Shown: positions 22,867 to 34,543 of the stretch, one piece after another
Numbering within the stretch: the stretch's first letter is position 1
Layout of the letters: each line of letters opens with the position of its first letter
DNA from: an uncultured Alphaproteobacteria bacterium
GTDB taxonomy: Bacteria > Pseudomonadota > Alphaproteobacteria > Rhodobacterales > Rhodobacteraceae
Length of the DNA: 64,000 nucleotides
Direction: 5' to 3'
NCBI GenBank assembly: GCA_902611475.1
Contig: CACLZW010000006.1
Location: forward strand, 10,720-74,719
Translations under genes and position numbers: made by a program
Notes under the pieces: model-generated
The model's input: the letters and a program-made list of their open reading frames with translations, nothing else
Databases searched by the model: none
What the model was told of the DNA's origin: nothing

Positions 22867-23193
22867 ATGGCGGATTTTTTTGATACAGATTTAAGAGTTG
22901 GAGAGATCGTTAAAGCTGAAATTTTTAGGGAAGCTAAAAAACCAGCATTTAAACTATGGATAAATTTTGGGGAAGAAATGGGGATTAAGACTTCATCTGC
23001 TCAGATTACGTCTCTCTATACAACTCAAATGCTTATAGGAAAGTTGGTAATAGCTGTAACAAATCTGGAGCCTAAACAAGTTGGGCCATTTATTTCGGAG
23101 GTCCTTGTACTTGGTGTCGATGGCAAAAATGTTGGTGATATTATTTTAATAGCACCTGAATATAAAGCTCTTATTGGTAATAGGGTTCATTAA
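22867..23193 (+). CDS. tRNA-binding domain protein (CsaA/YgjH-like)
   Basis: ORF 22852..23193; ATG 22867 preferred. DLRVGEIVKAE...KLWINFGEE...NLEPKQVGPFISEVLVLG is the EMAP/CsaA OB-fold pattern. Confidence 0.82.
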   Translation: MADFFDTDLRVGEIVKAEIFREAKKPAFKLWINFGEEMGIKTSSAQITSLYTTQMLIGKLVIAVTNLEPKQVGPFISEVLVLGVDGKNVGDIILIAPEYKALIGNRVH

Positions 23194-23207
23194 GAGGGAC
23201 GAATTAA

Positions 23208-24164
23208 ATGAAACCAAAAATAATCGTCACTAGAGATATACCTGATGAAGTAGAGTCAAAGTTAAAACAGTATTTTCGAGTTTCATTCAATCGTGAAGAT
23301 AAAGTATTTAGTAACGATATATTAGAAAAAGCAATGGAAAATGCCGATGGAATCGTTTGTACTGTAACAGATAATATTACAGATAAGCTTCTTACTCTTC
23401 CCAACAAGAAAGTGAAAATAATCGCAAATATTGGTGTGGGTGTGGATCATATAGATTTACAATCAGCCAAACAAAATAATGTTATCATCACAAATACTCC
23501 CGACGTATTAACGGAGGCTACTGTTGATATAGCTACACTTTTACTTTTGTCTGTTACACGAAATGCATTTCTAATGGAAACAATGTTGCGACAGGGTGAA
23601 TGGAAAGGTTTTTCTTTAACAGGGAACCTGGGAGTCGGTGTTCGCGGAAAAACTCTTGGACTTGTAGGAATGGGAAGAATTGGTAAAGCTTTTGGAAAGC
23701 GTGCACATGAGGTATTTGGAATGAAAGTCCTTTACTATAATCGTTCCCCAGTTACGGATCTTAAATTTGAGGCAAGTGTTCGTTTTGACTTAGATGCATT
23801 GCTGGAAGAAAGTGATGTAATTTCTTTGCATCTGTCTAGCGACAAGGGAAATAAGAACTTTATTTCAAAGAACAGAATGAAGAAAATAAGGCCCTCATCA
23901 TTTTTAATTAATACATCAAGGGGAGATGTTATTGACCAGATGGCACTTATAGATTTGCTAGAAAAGAAAAAACTTGCCGGTGCTGGTTTGGATGTCTTTC
24001 TTAATGAGCCAAATGTTCCTCTCAGACTGAGACGCTTATCAAATGTTACTTTGTACCCTCATATAGGATCGGCCACACATGAAACAAGAACAAAAATGGG
24101 AATGCTGGCAGTTGAAAATTTAATAGCATTTTTTAATGAAAAAAAGGTTATCAACCAGTTATAA
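23208..24164 (+). CDS. D-isomer-specific 2-hydroxyacid dehydrogenase (glyoxylate/hydroxypyruvate reductase type)
   Basis: [19 protein letters not shown]-binding motif, [17 protein letters not shown] catalytic His region. Confidence 0.87.
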   Translation: MKPKIIVTRDIPDEVESKLKQYFRVSFNREDKVFSNDILEKAMENADGIVCTVTDNITDKLLTLPNKKVKIIANIGVGVDHIDLQSAKQNNVIITNTPDVLTEATVDIATLLLLSVTRNAFLMETMLRQGEWKGFSLTGNLGVGVRGKTLGLVGMGRIGKAFGKRAHEVFGMKVLYYNRSPVTDLKFEASVRFDLDALLEESDVISLHLSSDKGNKNFISKNRMKKIRPSSFLINTSRGDVIDQMALIDLLEKKKLAGAGLDVFLNEPNVPLRLRRLSNVTLYPHIGSATHETRTKMGMLAVENLIAFFNEKKVINQL

Positions 24165-27100
24165 GCTGTGAATGATATTTTTGTATAGCCCTTACCGACA
24201 TCTTGCCCCCGATATTTTCTTTAAGGCTATGGATTGTAGCAATAATTCCACGAGATGTAGTATAGTAAGGGATCTTATTATTTAATGCTAAATATCGAAT
24301 GTCTTTGCTATCTTCCAGCGATTGTTTGCCCTCAGTAGTGTTCATAACAATATCTATCTTTTTATCTTTCAGTAAATCCGAGATATTTGGTCGTCCCTCA
24401 TAGACTTTCTTTACAGGTGAGCTATCAACTCCCTCCCTATCTAAAAAGGATTTAGTTCCCTTTGTTGCAATAATTTTAAAACCGATCTTCTCAAGAATTT
24501 TACATGCTTCACCCATCTCTTTAGTTTTATCTTCATTTCTAATTGATAAAAATACCGTCCCAGATTTAGGAAACTGCATGCCTGCGGCAATCTGTGATTT
24601 GAAAAAAGCTCCCTCGAAGCTGTCCGCAATACCCATGACTTCTCCAGTTGAACGCATTTCAGGGGTTAAAACGGTATCGCTACCGGGTAGCCTATCAAAG
24701 GGTAACACAGCTTCTTTGACAGCCACATAATTCAAATCTTTTCTATGGAAAGATAAACTGGATAGTCTTAAACCTATCATCAATTTTGCTGCTAGATTAG
24801 CTAGCGGTATTCCAGTCGTTTTAGATATAAATGGAATTGTTCTGCTTGCCCGTGGATTTACCTCCAATACAAATATATCGCTTTCTTTTACGGCAAATTG
24901 AATATTCATTAACCCTATAACGTCCAATTCTTTGGCAAGAAGAGAAGATTGATATTTTATTTTCTCAATTATTTCCTTTCCAAGAGAGTGTGGTGGTAGA
25001 GAGCAGGCACTGTCTCCTGAATGAACACCTGCCTCTTCGATATGCTCCAAAATCCCTGCAACAAAACAATCTTCTCCATCGCTGATTAAGTCTACATCAA
25101 CCTCTATCGCAGCACCCAAATAGCTATCTAACAAAAGCGGAGTTTTACTACTAATTTCTATGTTTGACTCTAAATATTTATTCAATTGCATTGGGTCATG
25201 AATTATTTCCATTGAGCTACCCCCTAAGACAAAAGAGGGCCTAGCAATTATTGGATAACAGAGGGACTCAGCAGCCTTTATGGCATTTGATTTTTTACCA
25301 ACCGTAGTATTTTCAGGTTGTTTCAGTTTTAACTTTTCAATGACTTCTTTGAAGAGTTTTCGATCCTCCGAAATATTTATTGATTTGGGTGTTGTTCCTA
25401 AAATTTTAACACCCCTTCTATCAAGATCATCGGCTAGTTTGAGCGGCGTCTGCCCTCCAAACTGCACAATTACCCCAATCAAATTGCCCTTTTTCTTTTC
25501 TTTTTCAATTATGTTCACTACTGACTCAAAGTTTAAAGGCTCAAAGTAAAGTTTGTCAGAGGTATCAAAGTCGGTGGAGACAGTTTCGGGATTACAATTA
25601 ATCATTATAGTTTCAACGCCTTCTTCACTAAGCGAGAAACAAGCATGACAGCAACAGTAATCGAACTCAATGCCTTGACCTATTCTGTTGGGACCACTGC
25701 CAAGAATTATTACTTTGTCTTTATTTGAGGGTTGAGCTTCACATATTTGGGTAGTAAAAGTGGACAAGTCATAGGTAGAGTATAGATATGCGGCCTCGGA
25801 CTGGAATTCGCCACCACAGGTATCAATTCGCTTATAAACTGGAAGTATACCGTACTTTCGTCTCTTATCTTGAATATTATCCAAAGGAGTAGACAACAAT
25901 TCAGCTATTCTTTCATCACTAAACCCTCTAGACTTTGCCTCTCCCAAGACCTCCTGAGTTATTTCTGGGCCAGAGCTTGAGATACTTTTTTCAAATAGAA
26001 TAAGTTCCTCGATTTGATTTAAAAACCATTTGTCTATTCTTGTTATTTCGTATATTTCGTCAGTAGTGAAACCAATTCTGAAAGCCTGCCCAATAAGAAA
26101 TATTTTGTCAGGAGTATTGATGGATAATTTTTTGTAAAGCGCAGGTTTATCCATATTGGTATGAATGATTGCAAGCCCAGAAGTTTTATTTTCAAGAGAG
26201 TTCAAAGCTTTTTGCAGACTTTCTTGGAATGTTGCCCCAATGGCCATAACCTCTCCAACCGATTTCATTGAAGTACCAAGCTCATTTGATATCGACGGAA
26301 ACTTTTCAAATGCGAAACGAGGTATTTTTGTAACAACATAATCGATCGTTGGCTCGAAGCTCGCGGGGGTAGTTTTTGTTATATCATTCTGCAACTCATC
26401 AAGTGTGTAGCCTATGGCTAGTTTCGCGGCAACTTTAGCTATTGGGAATCCTGTTGCTTTCGATGCAAGGGCAGATGATCTAGACACACGGGGATTCATT
26501 TCAATAATTAGCATTTCTCCATTTTGTGGGTTTACTGCCCATTGAACATTAGACCCGCCAGTTTCAACACCGATCTCTTTTAAAACTTCTAAAGAGTTGT
26601 TACGCATTTTCTGAAACTCTTTATCGGTTAGTGTCATCGCCGGTGCTATGGTTATGCTATCACCTGTATGGACTCCCATAGGGTCAAAGTTTTCAATAGA
26701 GCAGACTATAATTGCATTGTCATTTTTATCTCTTATTACTTCCATCTCAAATTCTTTCCAACCTAGGAGGCTTTGATCGATAAGAATTTGATTAGCTGGT
26801 GATGCGTCTAAACCATTCATACAAATTTCTCTGAAGTCATTTTCGTTATAGGCAACTCCGCCACCTTTGCCTCCCAAAGTAAAACCGGGCCGAATAACTG
26901 CCGGCAAGCCAATTATATCTAATGCTTTTACAGCTTCATCCAATGAATTAGCAATTTCAGATTTTGGGCTCTTTATTCCAATACTTTCCATTGACTGTTT
27001 GAAGAGTTTTCGATCTTCCGCTTTTTCTATTGCATCCCTATTAGCTCCGATAAGCGCAACATTACAATCCTTGAGCGTTCCTGCTTTATCCAACTCGATC

Positions 27101-27396
27101 GCAATATTAAGCGCTGTTTGTCCACCCATTGTTGGTAAAATAGCATCTGGTTTTTCTATCTTTATAATTTTTTCTATTACTTCTGAATTTATTGGTTCTA
27201 TGTATGTAACATCGGCAAGTTCTGGATCTGTCATAATTGTGGCGGGATTTGAATTAACTAGAATTACTCTAAGACCTTCTTCTTTGAGTGCCTTACATGC
27301 TTGAGCACCGCTGTAATCAAACTCGCAAGCCTGTCCTATAACTATGGGTCCTGCACCTATAATTAAAACTGACTTAATATCAATTCGTTTTGGCAT
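24151..27396 (-). CDS. carB: carbamoyl-phosphate synthase large subunit
   Basis: 1081 aa with two ATP-grasp halves. [19 protein letters not shown] and [19 protein letters not shown] mark the start of each half. MGS-like C-terminal domain. Confidence 0.98.
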   Translation of the reverse strand: MPKRIDIKSVLIIGAGPIVIGQACEFDYSGAQACKALKEEGLRVILVNSNPATIMTDPELADVTYIEPINSEVIEKIIKIEKPDAILPTMGGQTALNIAIELDKAGTLKDCNVALIGANRDAIEKAEDRKLFKQSMESIGIKSPKSEIANSLDEAVKALDIIGLPAVIRPGFTLGGKGGGVAYNENDFREICMNGLDASPANQILIDQSLLGWKEFEMEVIRDKNDNAIIVCSIENFDPMGVHTGDSITIAPAMTLTDKEFQKMRNNSLEVLKEIGVETGGSNVQWAVNPQNGEMLIIEMNPRVSRSSALASKATGFPIAKVAAKLAIGYTLDELQNDITKTTPASFEPTIDYVVTKIPRFAFEKFPSISNELGTSMKSVGEVMAIGATFQESLQKALNSLENKTSGLAIIHTNMDKPALYKKLSINTPDKIFLIGQAFRIGFTTDEIYEITRIDKWFLNQIEELILFEKSISSSGPEITQEVLGEAKSRGFSDERIAELLSTPLDNIQDKRRKYGILPVYKRIDTCGGEFQSEAAYLYSTYDLSTFTTQICEAQPSNKDKVIILGSGPNRIGQGIEFDYCCCHACFSLSEEGVETIMINCNPETVSTDFDTSDKLYFEPLNFESVVNIIEKEKKKGNLIGVIVQFGGQTPLKLADDLDRRGVKILGTTPKSINISEDRKLFKEVIEKLKLKQPENTTVGKKSNAIKAAESLCYPIIARPSFVLGGSSMEIIHDPMQLNKYLESNIEISSKTPLLLDSYLGAAIEVDVDLISDGEDCFVAGILEHIEEAGVHSGDSACSLPPHSLGKEIIEKIKYQSSLLAKELDVIGLMNIQFAVKESDIFVLEVNPRASRTIPFISKTTGIPLANLAAKLMIGLRLSSLSFHRKDLNYVAVKEAVLPFDRLPGSDTVLTPEMRSTGEVMGIADSFEGAFFKSQIAAGMQFPKSGTVFLSIRNEDKTKEMGEACKILEKIGFKIIATKGTKSFLDREGVDSSPVKKVYEGRPNISDLLKDKKIDIVMNTTEGKQSLEDSKDIRYLALNNKIPYYTTSRGIIATIHSLKENIGGKMSVRAIQKYHSQLITG

Positions 27397-27514
27397 TTAA
27401 ATTTTTTCTTTAATTCGTGAAACTATAAGTGTACAAGAATTTATAAACATAACCCTTTTTAAAACTGTCACTAATAAAATCAATAAGTTTTTGGTTAGTG
27501 AATAGGTAGAATAG

Positions 27515-29296
27515 ATGCATTTGTACAGATCACATAACTGTAATGAATTACGAGCAGGAAACGATGGGGAAATCGTAAAGCTCTCTGGTTGGGTTCATAG
27601 AGTACGTGATCATGGAGGCGTGCTTTTCATTGACCTAAGAGATCATTTTGGTCTTACCCAAGTTTTAGCTGATCCTGATAGTCCCGTATTAAAAGATGTA
27701 GAAAATGTGAGAGCAGAGTGGTGCATATCAATAGAGGGAACTGTGAGAAAGAGAGATAGTTCTTTAATAAATGAAAAATTGCCCACAGGGGAGATTGAGG
27801 TTTTCATAGAAAAAATTAATATTTTAGGGGCTTCAGAGGAACTTCCTTTACCTGTTTTTGGAGATCTTCCATATCCAGAAGAAACAAGACTAAAGTATCG
27901 TTTCCTCGATTTAAGGAGAGACGGAATACACCAGAATATAATATTGAGATCCAAGATAATCGAGTTTATACGAAAAGAGATGTGGGAAAACGGTTTCAAC
28001 GAATTTCAAACGCCAATAATATCATCATCTTCTCCGGAAGGAGCGCGAGATTTTTTAATTCCCTCACGATTACATCCTGGAAAGTTTTATGCGCTACCGC
28101 AAGCTCCTCAAATCTATAAGCAGCTGATAATGGTTGGTGGGTTTGATAAATATTTCCAGATTGCACCATGCTTTCGAGATGAAGATCCCAGATCGGATAG
28201 ATCTCCAACTGACTTTTATCAGCTAGATATAGAGATGTCTTTTGTCGAGGAACATGATGTATTTCAATTGGTAGAAAAAGTGTTTGTCAAACTCTTTGAA
28301 AATTTTTCGGACTCCTATGCAGTTAATAATAACTTTCCTATTATTAGTTTTGGCCAATCTATGGAGTGGTATGGTACTGATAAACCAGATTTAAGAAATC
28401 CAATAAAAATGATGGATGTTTCCGAGTTTTTTGTTTCTTCAGGGTTTAAAATCTTTGCCGATATTTTGACGAAAGATGGAACACAGATCAAAGCAATACC
28501 AGCAAAAGGTGGAGGCAGTAGGAAATTTTGTGACAGAATGAACATGTTTGCGCAAGAGCAAGGACTACCGGGTATGGGCTATATCTTTTGGCGGTCAGAT
28601 GATAGTGGTAATTTAGAAGCAGCGGGACCAATAGCAAAAAACTTAGGCGAGGAAAAGACAGAAAAATTAAGAAATTTTCTCAGTCTTGATAAAGGAGATG
28701 CAGCCTTTTTCTTGGGCGGTTTACCTGCCCATTTTAATGATATTGCTAGCAAGGCTAGGGACATCGTTGGCATCGAACTAGACATTACAAATTCAAATTC
28801 TTATGAGTTTTGTTGGATCACTGATTTTCCAATGTATGAAAGAGATACAGAGACAGGAAAAATTGAGTTTTCACATAACCCTTTTTCGATGCCTAAGACC
28901 GATTTATTGAGTCAAGATATTGATCCTTTGAGTGTATTGGGGATGCAGTATGATTTATCGTGTAATGGGTATGAGATTTTGTCCGGCGCAATTAGAAATC
29001 ATAAACTAGAGAACTTGTTTAAGGCGTTTGAAATTGCGGGCTATACAAAAGAGGAGGTTGAGAGTCAGTTTTCAGGTCTAGTAAATGCTTTAAAATATGG
29101 TGCCCCTCCTCATGGAGGATGTGCTGCTGGCATTGATAGGATAGTAATGCTTTTGGCTAAGGAAAATAATATAAGGGAAGTTATAATGTTTCCTATGAAC
29201 CAAAAAGCAGAGGACCCTATGCTTGGATCCCCTAGAAATCCAACCACAGAACAGTTAGATGAACTCAAATTAAAAATAATCGATCACGATTTATAA
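27515..29296 (+). CDS. aspS: aspartate--tRNA ligase
   Basis: [21 protein letters not shown]-fold, class II motifs [10 protein letters not shown] and [13 protein letters not shown]. Confidence 0.97.
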   Translation: MHLYRSHNCNELRAGNDGEIVKLSGWVHRVRDHGGVLFIDLRDHFGLTQVLADPDSPVLKDVENVRAEWCISIEGTVRKRDSSLINEKLPTGEIEVFIEKINILGASEELPLPVFGDLPYPEETRLKYRFLDLRRDGIHQNIILRSKIIEFIRKEMWENGFNEFQTPIISSSSPEGARDFLIPSRLHPGKFYALPQAPQIYKQLIMVGGFDKYFQIAPCFRDEDPRSDRSPTDFYQLDIEMSFVEEHDVFQLVEKVFVKLFENFSDSYAVNNNFPIISFGQSMEWYGTDKPDLRNPIKMMDVSEFFVSSGFKIFADILTKDGTQIKAIPAKGGGSRKFCDRMNMFAQEQGLPGMGYIFWRSDDSGNLEAAGPIAKNLGEEKTEKLRNFLSLDKGDAAFFLGGLPAHFNDIASKARDIVGIELDITNSNSYEFCWITDFPMYERDTETGKIEFSHNPFSMPKTDLLSQDIDPLSVLGMQYDLSCNGYEILSGAIRNHKLENLFKAFEIAGYTKEEVESQFSGLVNALKYGAPPHGGCAAGIDRIVMLLAKENNIREVIMFPMNQKAEDPMLGSPRNPTTEQLDELKLKIIDHDL

Positions 29297-29302
29297 ATTC
29301 AT

Positions 29303-29530
29303 TTAATAGAATAGATTGATTACAAAACAGGTCGGTATCCAAAGAATAATAGATACTATCGTGGTAATAGAAAACTTGCGTTTAAGATTAGGGTTTACTG
29401 GAGATGAAGGTGCGGTCCCTTCAATGATATTTCTCTCATCATTTTGTGTGGTAATATTTATTGGTAAGATGATAAATAAAATAATAAACCAGTAAACTGA
29501 TAATAATACTATTGCAGATGTTATTGTCAT
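29303..29530 (-). CDS. DUF1467 family small membrane protein
   Basis: 75 aa with two TM segments. Overlaps the mce stop by 4 nt, the usual alphaproteobacterial mce-DUF1467 pairing. Confidence 0.72.
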   Translation of the reverse strand: MTITSAIVLLSVYWFIILFIILPINITTQNDERNIIEGTAPSSPVNPNLKRKFSITTIVSIILWIPTCFVINLFY

Positions 29531-29937
29531 TGTTTGACTTCTTCTAACTCGATTAGAGTACCATTAAAATCCTTCGGGTGCAGAAAAATTACTGGATTAC
29601 CATGCGCACCAATTTTAGCTTCTCCATCGCCTAATACAGTTGCTCCATCTTTTTCTAGGTTCAAAATAGCACTATTTATGTCCTCTACTTCAAAACAAAT
29701 ATGGTGTATCCCACCTTTTTTATTTCTCTCAAGAAAGTTTTCTATTGGGCTTTTTTCTCCTAGTGGTTCTAGCAACTCTATCTTGGTATTTGGTAATTCA
29801 ATAAAAACTACCTTAACGCCATGATCTATTTGATCGATGGGAGGGCTTATTTTTACTCCTAGCATATTTTTATAGGTTTTCACAGCCTCATCTAATTTGG
29901 GTGTTGCTATAGCGATGTGGTTTAGTTTTCCAATCAT
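29527..29937 (-). CDS. mce: methylmalonyl-CoA epimerase (VOC/glyoxalase fold)
   Basis: LNHIAIATPKLDEAVKTYKNMLG, GGIHHICFEV, HPKDFNGTLIELEE. Confidence 0.9.
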   Translation of the reverse strand: MIGKLNHIAIATPKLDEAVKTYKNMLGVKISPPIDQIDHGVKVVFIELPNTKIELLEPLGEKSPIENFLERNKKGGIHHICFEVEDINSAILNLEKDGATVLGDGEAKIGAHGNPVIFLHPKDFNGTLIELEEVKQ

Positions 29938-29939
29938 TT

Positions 29940-31100
29940 TTACACTTTCTTATCGTAGTTTTTCAAAAAATTTTTATAGATATCTTTTAGTAAAACAATA
30001 TCATCGACCCCAGTATTTTCATTAATTTGGTGCATAGTATCGCCAACTAAACCGAATTCTACAACTGGGCAGTATTCCTGCACAAATCGAGCATCTGATG
30101 TGCCGCCTCCAGTGGAAAGTTTACAATCTACGCCTGCTATTTCTTTTATCGAAGTAGTTAACATTTCTGAAAGTTGACCTGGCTCAGTCAAAAAGCTTTC
30201 ACCAGAACATTTATACTTAATTTCCAGAGTCGCATTAGTTTCTCCATTATACTTGGCAACAAGCGAATCTATTTTTTTTGTTAGCGATGAGCATGAATGC
30301 TGATCATTGAAACGCACGTTAAAGTTTGCATAAGAATTCGCCGGTATAACATTCAATGCTTCGTTATAAGTATCTAATGTCGAGATATTCAAGCTAGAGG
30401 GCTCAAAAAATTCGCTACCTTCGTCTAGCTTAAGAGATTTTAATTCGCTGAGAAAGTGAATTAGTGCTTCGACTGGGTTAACTGCCTTATCAGGATAAGC
30501 TATATGACCCTGCTTTCCTTTACAAACTATAAATCCGCTTAACGAACCACGTCTGCCAATTTTTATAGTGTCGCCCACCAACTTGGAGGAGGTAGGCTCA
30601 CCAACAAGACAGTGGTCAATAACTTCATTATTTTTAAAAGCCCACTTCAAAAGTTCTTTTGTACCGTATTCGGCGTGACCTTCCTCATCACTCGTGATTA
30701 AAAGTACAAAAGAGCAATTAAGCTCTTCTTCCTCAATGATTTCTTTAAGAGCAATAAGAAATGCGGCAACAGAGGATTTCATATCTACTGAGCCCCTACC
30801 AAAAATTCGAGAGTTTCTAATATCACCACCGAATGGATCGCTATCCCATAAATTTTCCTTCCCTGGTGGTACTACATCGACATGACCATTAAAGGCCAGG
30901 GTTCTTTTAAAGCCTGACTTTGGAGACCACCGCGCAAAAAGGTTTGATACACCTTGGGTGGATGAAATTGTTGTTTGGAAACCTAGTTGCTCAATAAATG
31001 AAGCAATAAATTCTAGAGACCCACCATCGTCTGGAGTAATTGACCTAAAACTAATAAGTTTTTTTGTCAATAATATTGGATCATCTATCAATTTAGTCAT
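29940..31100 (-). CDS. dapE: succinyl-diaminopimelate desuccinylase
   Basis: M20 peptidase motifs LAFNGHVDVVP, SDEEG and GGTSDARF. Adjacent to dapD. Confidence 0.94.
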   Translation of the reverse strand: MTKLIDDPILLTKKLISFRSITPDDGGSLEFIASFIEQLGFQTTISSTQGVSNLFARWSPKSGFKRTLAFNGHVDVVPPGKENLWDSDPFGGDIRNSRIFGRGSVDMKSSVAAFLIALKEIIEEEELNCSFVLLITSDEEGHAEYGTKELLKWAFKNNEVIDHCLVGEPTSSKLVGDTIKIGRRGSLSGFIVCKGKQGHIAYPDKAVNPVEALIHFLSELKSLKLDEGSEFFEPSSLNISTLDTYNEALNVIPANSYANFNVRFNDQHSCSSLTKKIDSLVAKYNGETNATLEIKYKCSGESFLTEPGQLSEMLTTSIKEIAGVDCKLSTGGGTSDARFVQEYCPVVEFGLVGDTMHQINENTGVDDIVLLKDIYKNFLKNYDKKV

Positions 31101-31102
31101 GA

Positions 31103-31930
31103 TTAGTCTCTTAATAAGTCATTTATAGAAGTTTTACTTCTTGTTTTTTCATCGACCTGTTTGACTATTACCGCGCAATAAAGGTTTACTCCTCCTTTAG
31201 ACGGAACAGAACCTGAGACAACAACGGAGTAAGGAGGTATTTCTCCATATGTTGTTTCACCAGTTTCTCTATTAAATATTTTTGTAGATTTTCCAATAAA
31301 TACACCCATGCCCACTACAGCTCCCTCTCTGACAATACAGCCTTCTACAATCTCTGATCTTGCTCCAATAAAGCAATTATCCTCGATAATGGTAGGTGAT
31401 GCTTGCATAGGCTCCAATACACCTCCTATTCCTACTCCACCTGAAAGGTGCACATTTTTTCCTATCTGAGCACAAGATCCAACTGTTGCCCAAGTATCGA
31501 CCATTGTGCCATTATCGACATACGCGCCTAGATTTACAAATGAGGGCATTAGAACAACATTTTCACCAATAAAGGCTGATGCTCTAACTACAGTGTTAGG
31601 AACGGCTCTAAAATTCTTCTTTTTCCACTCATTTTCACCCCAGTCTTTAAACTTGCTATCTACTTTATCCCACCAGGTTGAATTTTGTGGCCCGCCTGTT
31701 TGTAATTCCATTTCTCTAAGCCTAAAACTTAATAGAACTGCCTTTTTGGTCCATTGATTCACCACCCATTCACCTGAGGCCTCTTTTTCTGCCACTCTCA
31801 AAGTACCGTTCCCCAGTAGATTTAAAGTTTTTTCTACGGCCTTTTTAGTTATCCCTACTGTTTTTTCATTTATTTCGTCTCTGCTCTCCCATGAGGTTTC
31901 GATTAAGTCTTCTAATTCTTTATTCTCCAT
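31103..31930 (-). CDS. dapD: 2,3,4,5-tetrahydropyridine-2,6-dicarboxylate N-succinyltransferase
   Basis: Hexapeptide-repeat core [40 protein letters not shown]. Confidence 0.96.
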   Translation of the reverse strand: MENKELEDLIETSWESRDEINEKTVGITKKAVEKTLNLLGNGTLRVAEKEASGEWVVNQWTKKAVLLSFRLREMELQTGGPQNSTWWDKVDSKFKDWGENEWKKKNFRAVPNTVVRASAFIGENVVLMPSFVNLGAYVDNGTMVDTWATVGSCAQIGKNVHLSGGVGIGGVLEPMQASPTIIEDNCFIGARSEIVEGCIVREGAVVGMGVFIGKSTKIFNRETGETTYGEIPPYSVVVSGSVPSKGGVNLYCAVIVKQVDEKTRSKTSINDLLRD

Positions 31931-31947
31931 AATATTTCCTTCAATTA

Positions 31948-32841
31948 TTATTCATATTTTAACACAAATTCTCTTATTTCACTTTGCTGTAAAGGGTGAA
32001 AATTATCATCAGATACCGTTAAAATACGCATTTCACCTTTTTTATCTTTCCAAAAAGTCATACCCTCCAAATTGTCAAACTGATTAGCCGTTGAGGTAAA
32101 AACAATTATTGGCTCTGTATTATCAAACTTATCTAAAGAAATTAACCTAAATCTCGTTTTAAAACCTTGGGTCCATGAGAATTTGCGTTCCAGTATCAAT
32201 AAAAGCCCCATAGGTAAAATCTCTGCGTCGGTAACTAGAAAGTTGTTCTCTATTTTTACATATTTTATAATTTCCCAGTTATTATTTTGTAATCTGAAAA
32301 TTGGGAAATCGGAAATGCCTAAGGGAGGTTTTTCTGGTATGGCTATCAAGCGATTTTCATTATCAATTGCTAGAGCCTCTATACCCTTATTTATAGATAA
32401 TTTTCTGAACATAGGGTGTTTAGGAACAAAGATACCTTTGCCCTCAACTTCTGTATGCATCATTATTCTGTGATTTGACTCAAATGAAATATAATAATTA
32501 TTGTTTGCATCCATAGCGATTGACTCGCTGTCTGTATTACGACCATTCAAATGTTCGCCCTTGCTAGACAATATTCGGCCTTTTTTGATTACCGAAAATC
32601 CGGTTAAAATGTCATTATCGTCACGACTTAATTCCAGAACAAAAAAAAACGACTTATCAGTGACAACTAAAGCCTCGGTTCCCGCATTCTTAATTATAAC
32701 GCCAGAAAACCCACCATAATCTTTTTCGTTTCTATCAATATTCAAAAAACCAACTTGTTCTAACTTCCATTTCTTAACATCAGCTTTAAGTGTGGGTATG
32801 GCCCCAAAAAGAATGATTAGGATAAAAACGATGTTTTTCAT
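31948..32841 (-). CDS. secreted esterase-like (phytase-like, PF13449-type) beta-propeller protein
   Basis: N-terminal signal peptide [20 protein letters not shown]. Recurring GGFSG, DSESIA, GIEALA and NLEGMT blocks and a terminal LTVSDDNF, as I recall for the 'esterase-like activity of phytase' family. The start overlaps the stop of the upstream MFS gene by 1 nt. Confidence 0.6.
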   Translation of the reverse strand: MKNIVFILIILFGAIPTLKADVKKWKLEQVGFLNIDRNEKDYGGFSGVIIKNAGTEALVVTDKSFFFVLELSRDDNDILTGFSVIKKGRILSSKGEHLNGRNTDSESIAMDANNNYYISFESNHRIMMHTEVEGKGIFVPKHPMFRKLSINKGIEALAIDNENRLIAIPEKPPLGISDFPIFRLQNNNWEIIKYVKIENNFLVTDAEILPMGLLLILERKFSWTQGFKTRFRLISLDKFDNTEPIIVFTSTANQFDNLEGMTFWKDKKGEMRILTVSDDNFHPLQQSEIREFVLKYE

Positions 32842-34163
32842 TACACTAAATTTTTAACATTTACAAAACGTAGTAAATACCACCCTATAAACAATAAAAT
32901 AATAATCGGCACTAAACCGATTTGCTGTGACCCACTCGCTAAAGTGAACCAAGTAATTAGAGCCGGAGCTAGAAATGCTGTTGCTCTGCCTACAAGAGCG
33001 TAGAGTCCAAAAGTTTCGGTTATTTTTTTTTCGTCAACTAAGAAAATTAATAACGTGCGAGACGCAGATTGGATAGGTCCGCTTACAAACCCAAGCAAGC
33101 CGCCGGCTATATAAAATATAATATCTGGAGTATTCGACTTGGGGTCCAAAGGTAATCCGTAGAATTCTGATCTACTTAACCCGAATATCACAAGTGTAAC
33201 AATTAGAAGTCCTCCAAGCATAACACTAACACAAAATTTAGAGCCATACTTGCTGTCCAAGGCTCCGCCCCAATACGCTCCAATTGTGCCAGTTGCTGCT
33301 GCCAAAATTCCAAAAATTCCGAGTTGCACGGTATTCATCTCTAAAACGCCAGCTGCATAGATTCCACCAAAGAAAAAAATTCCATTCATAGCATCCCTGT
33401 AAAACATTGAAGCCACTAAAAACCAACCTAAAGAAGGTTGATTTCTTATGTTAATAATATTTAAATATAGGTGTTTAATCGCTTTTTTTACATTTAGTTG
33501 AGATGGTGTTGTCATCTTTACATCGGGCACGAACGCAAAAAATGGAATCATGAATAAAACATACCAAAAGGCTGTCAATGGCCCCACAACTCTCGTACCC
33601 TCTCTGTGAGCAGCGTCTAATCCCAATGCTGGATTGCTACCTAGTAATGTCAACCCATTTTCTTGTTCAACGAATAGGCCCAACATTATTACAAGAGATA
33701 CTAATCCTCCTAAGTAACCAAGTCCCCATCCCGCTCCCGATAGCTTGCCAAGCCTATCTGGTTTTTCAAGACTCGGCATCATAGCATTGGTGAAAACTGT
33801 CGAAAAATCGGCTGCAATAAAACCAACAGTGTATGCAAATAAAACCCAGAATGTATTCTCGAGGTTTGGCTCTGCGTACCACAAAGAAAAAGTGGAAACC
33901 ACAAAAAAAACAGAAAATAAAAGGATCCACGGCTTTCTTTTCTGAGTTTGATCCGCTAGCGCCCCTAAAATCGGCGAGAAGATAGCAACAACTATTCCAG
34001 AAACTGTCACGGCCATCCCAATCAATGCTTGGCCCTCAACAGGGTTTTCTGCAACCGCCTGCACAAAATACGGACCAAATATAAAAGTGGCAATTAAAGT
34101 ATGTATAGGCTGGCAAGCCCAATCGTACAGCATCCATGAGTATAACTTGAGCTTATTTTTCAT
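32841..34163 (-). CDS. MFS transporter, UMF1/Atg22-like family
   Basis: 440 aa with about 12 TM segments. The N-terminus SWMLYDWACQP is typical of UMF1-family MFS proteins. Confidence 0.72.
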   Translation of the reverse strand: MKNKLKLYSWMLYDWACQPIHTLIATFIFGPYFVQAVAENPVEGQALIGMAVTVSGIVVAIFSPILGALADQTQKRKPWILLFSVFFVVSTFSLWYAEPNLENTFWVLFAYTVGFIAADFSTVFTNAMMPSLEKPDRLGKLSGAGWGLGYLGGLVSLVIMLGLFVEQENGLTLLGSNPALGLDAAHREGTRVVGPLTAFWYVLFMIPFFAFVPDVKMTTPSQLNVKKAIKHLYLNIINIRNQPSLGWFLVASMFYRDAMNGIFFFGGIYAAGVLEMNTVQLGIFGILAAATGTIGAYWGGALDSKYGSKFCVSVMLGGLLIVTLVIFGLSRSEFYGLPLDPKSNTPDIIFYIAGGLLGFVSGPIQSASRTLLIFLVDEKKITETFGLYALVGRATAFLAPALITWFTLASGSQQIGLVPIIILLFIGWYLLRFVNVKNLV

Positions 34164-34255
34164 TTATGGCCTGCAATTTGTTTATATTTTTGGTTTTATT
34201 TTATAAATTATTAACTATCTTTACAATGTAATACAATTTTTATGGGAGTTTATTT

Positions 34256-34543
34256 TTGGTATCGTTACTTCAAATTGTTCACATGTTACTAGATGTCTTG
34301 AAGTACATCATTATAGCTCAAATAGTTTTAAGTTGGCTCATAAACTTCAATATTCTCAACATTCATCAGCCACTCATTAATCAGATTTGGCGTGGCATAA
34401 ACCAAGTGTTGGAACCGTTGTATGGTCCAATAAGACGTCGCATGCCCTATACTGGTGCAATCGACTTTGCTCCTTTGATTGTTTTTATAGCTATTTTGGC
34501 ACTACAGATAGTCATAAGAAATAACATCGGAAACTTCTACTAG
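34256..34543 (+). CDS. YggT family membrane protein
   Basis: 95 aa. [11 protein letters not shown]...[22 protein letters not shown] is the YGGT repeat signature. TTG start. Confidence 0.85.
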   Translation: MVSLLQIVHMLLDVLKYIIIAQIVLSWLINFNILNIHQPLINQIWRGINQVLEPLYGPIRRRMPYTGAIDFAPLIVFIAILALQIVIRNNIGNFY

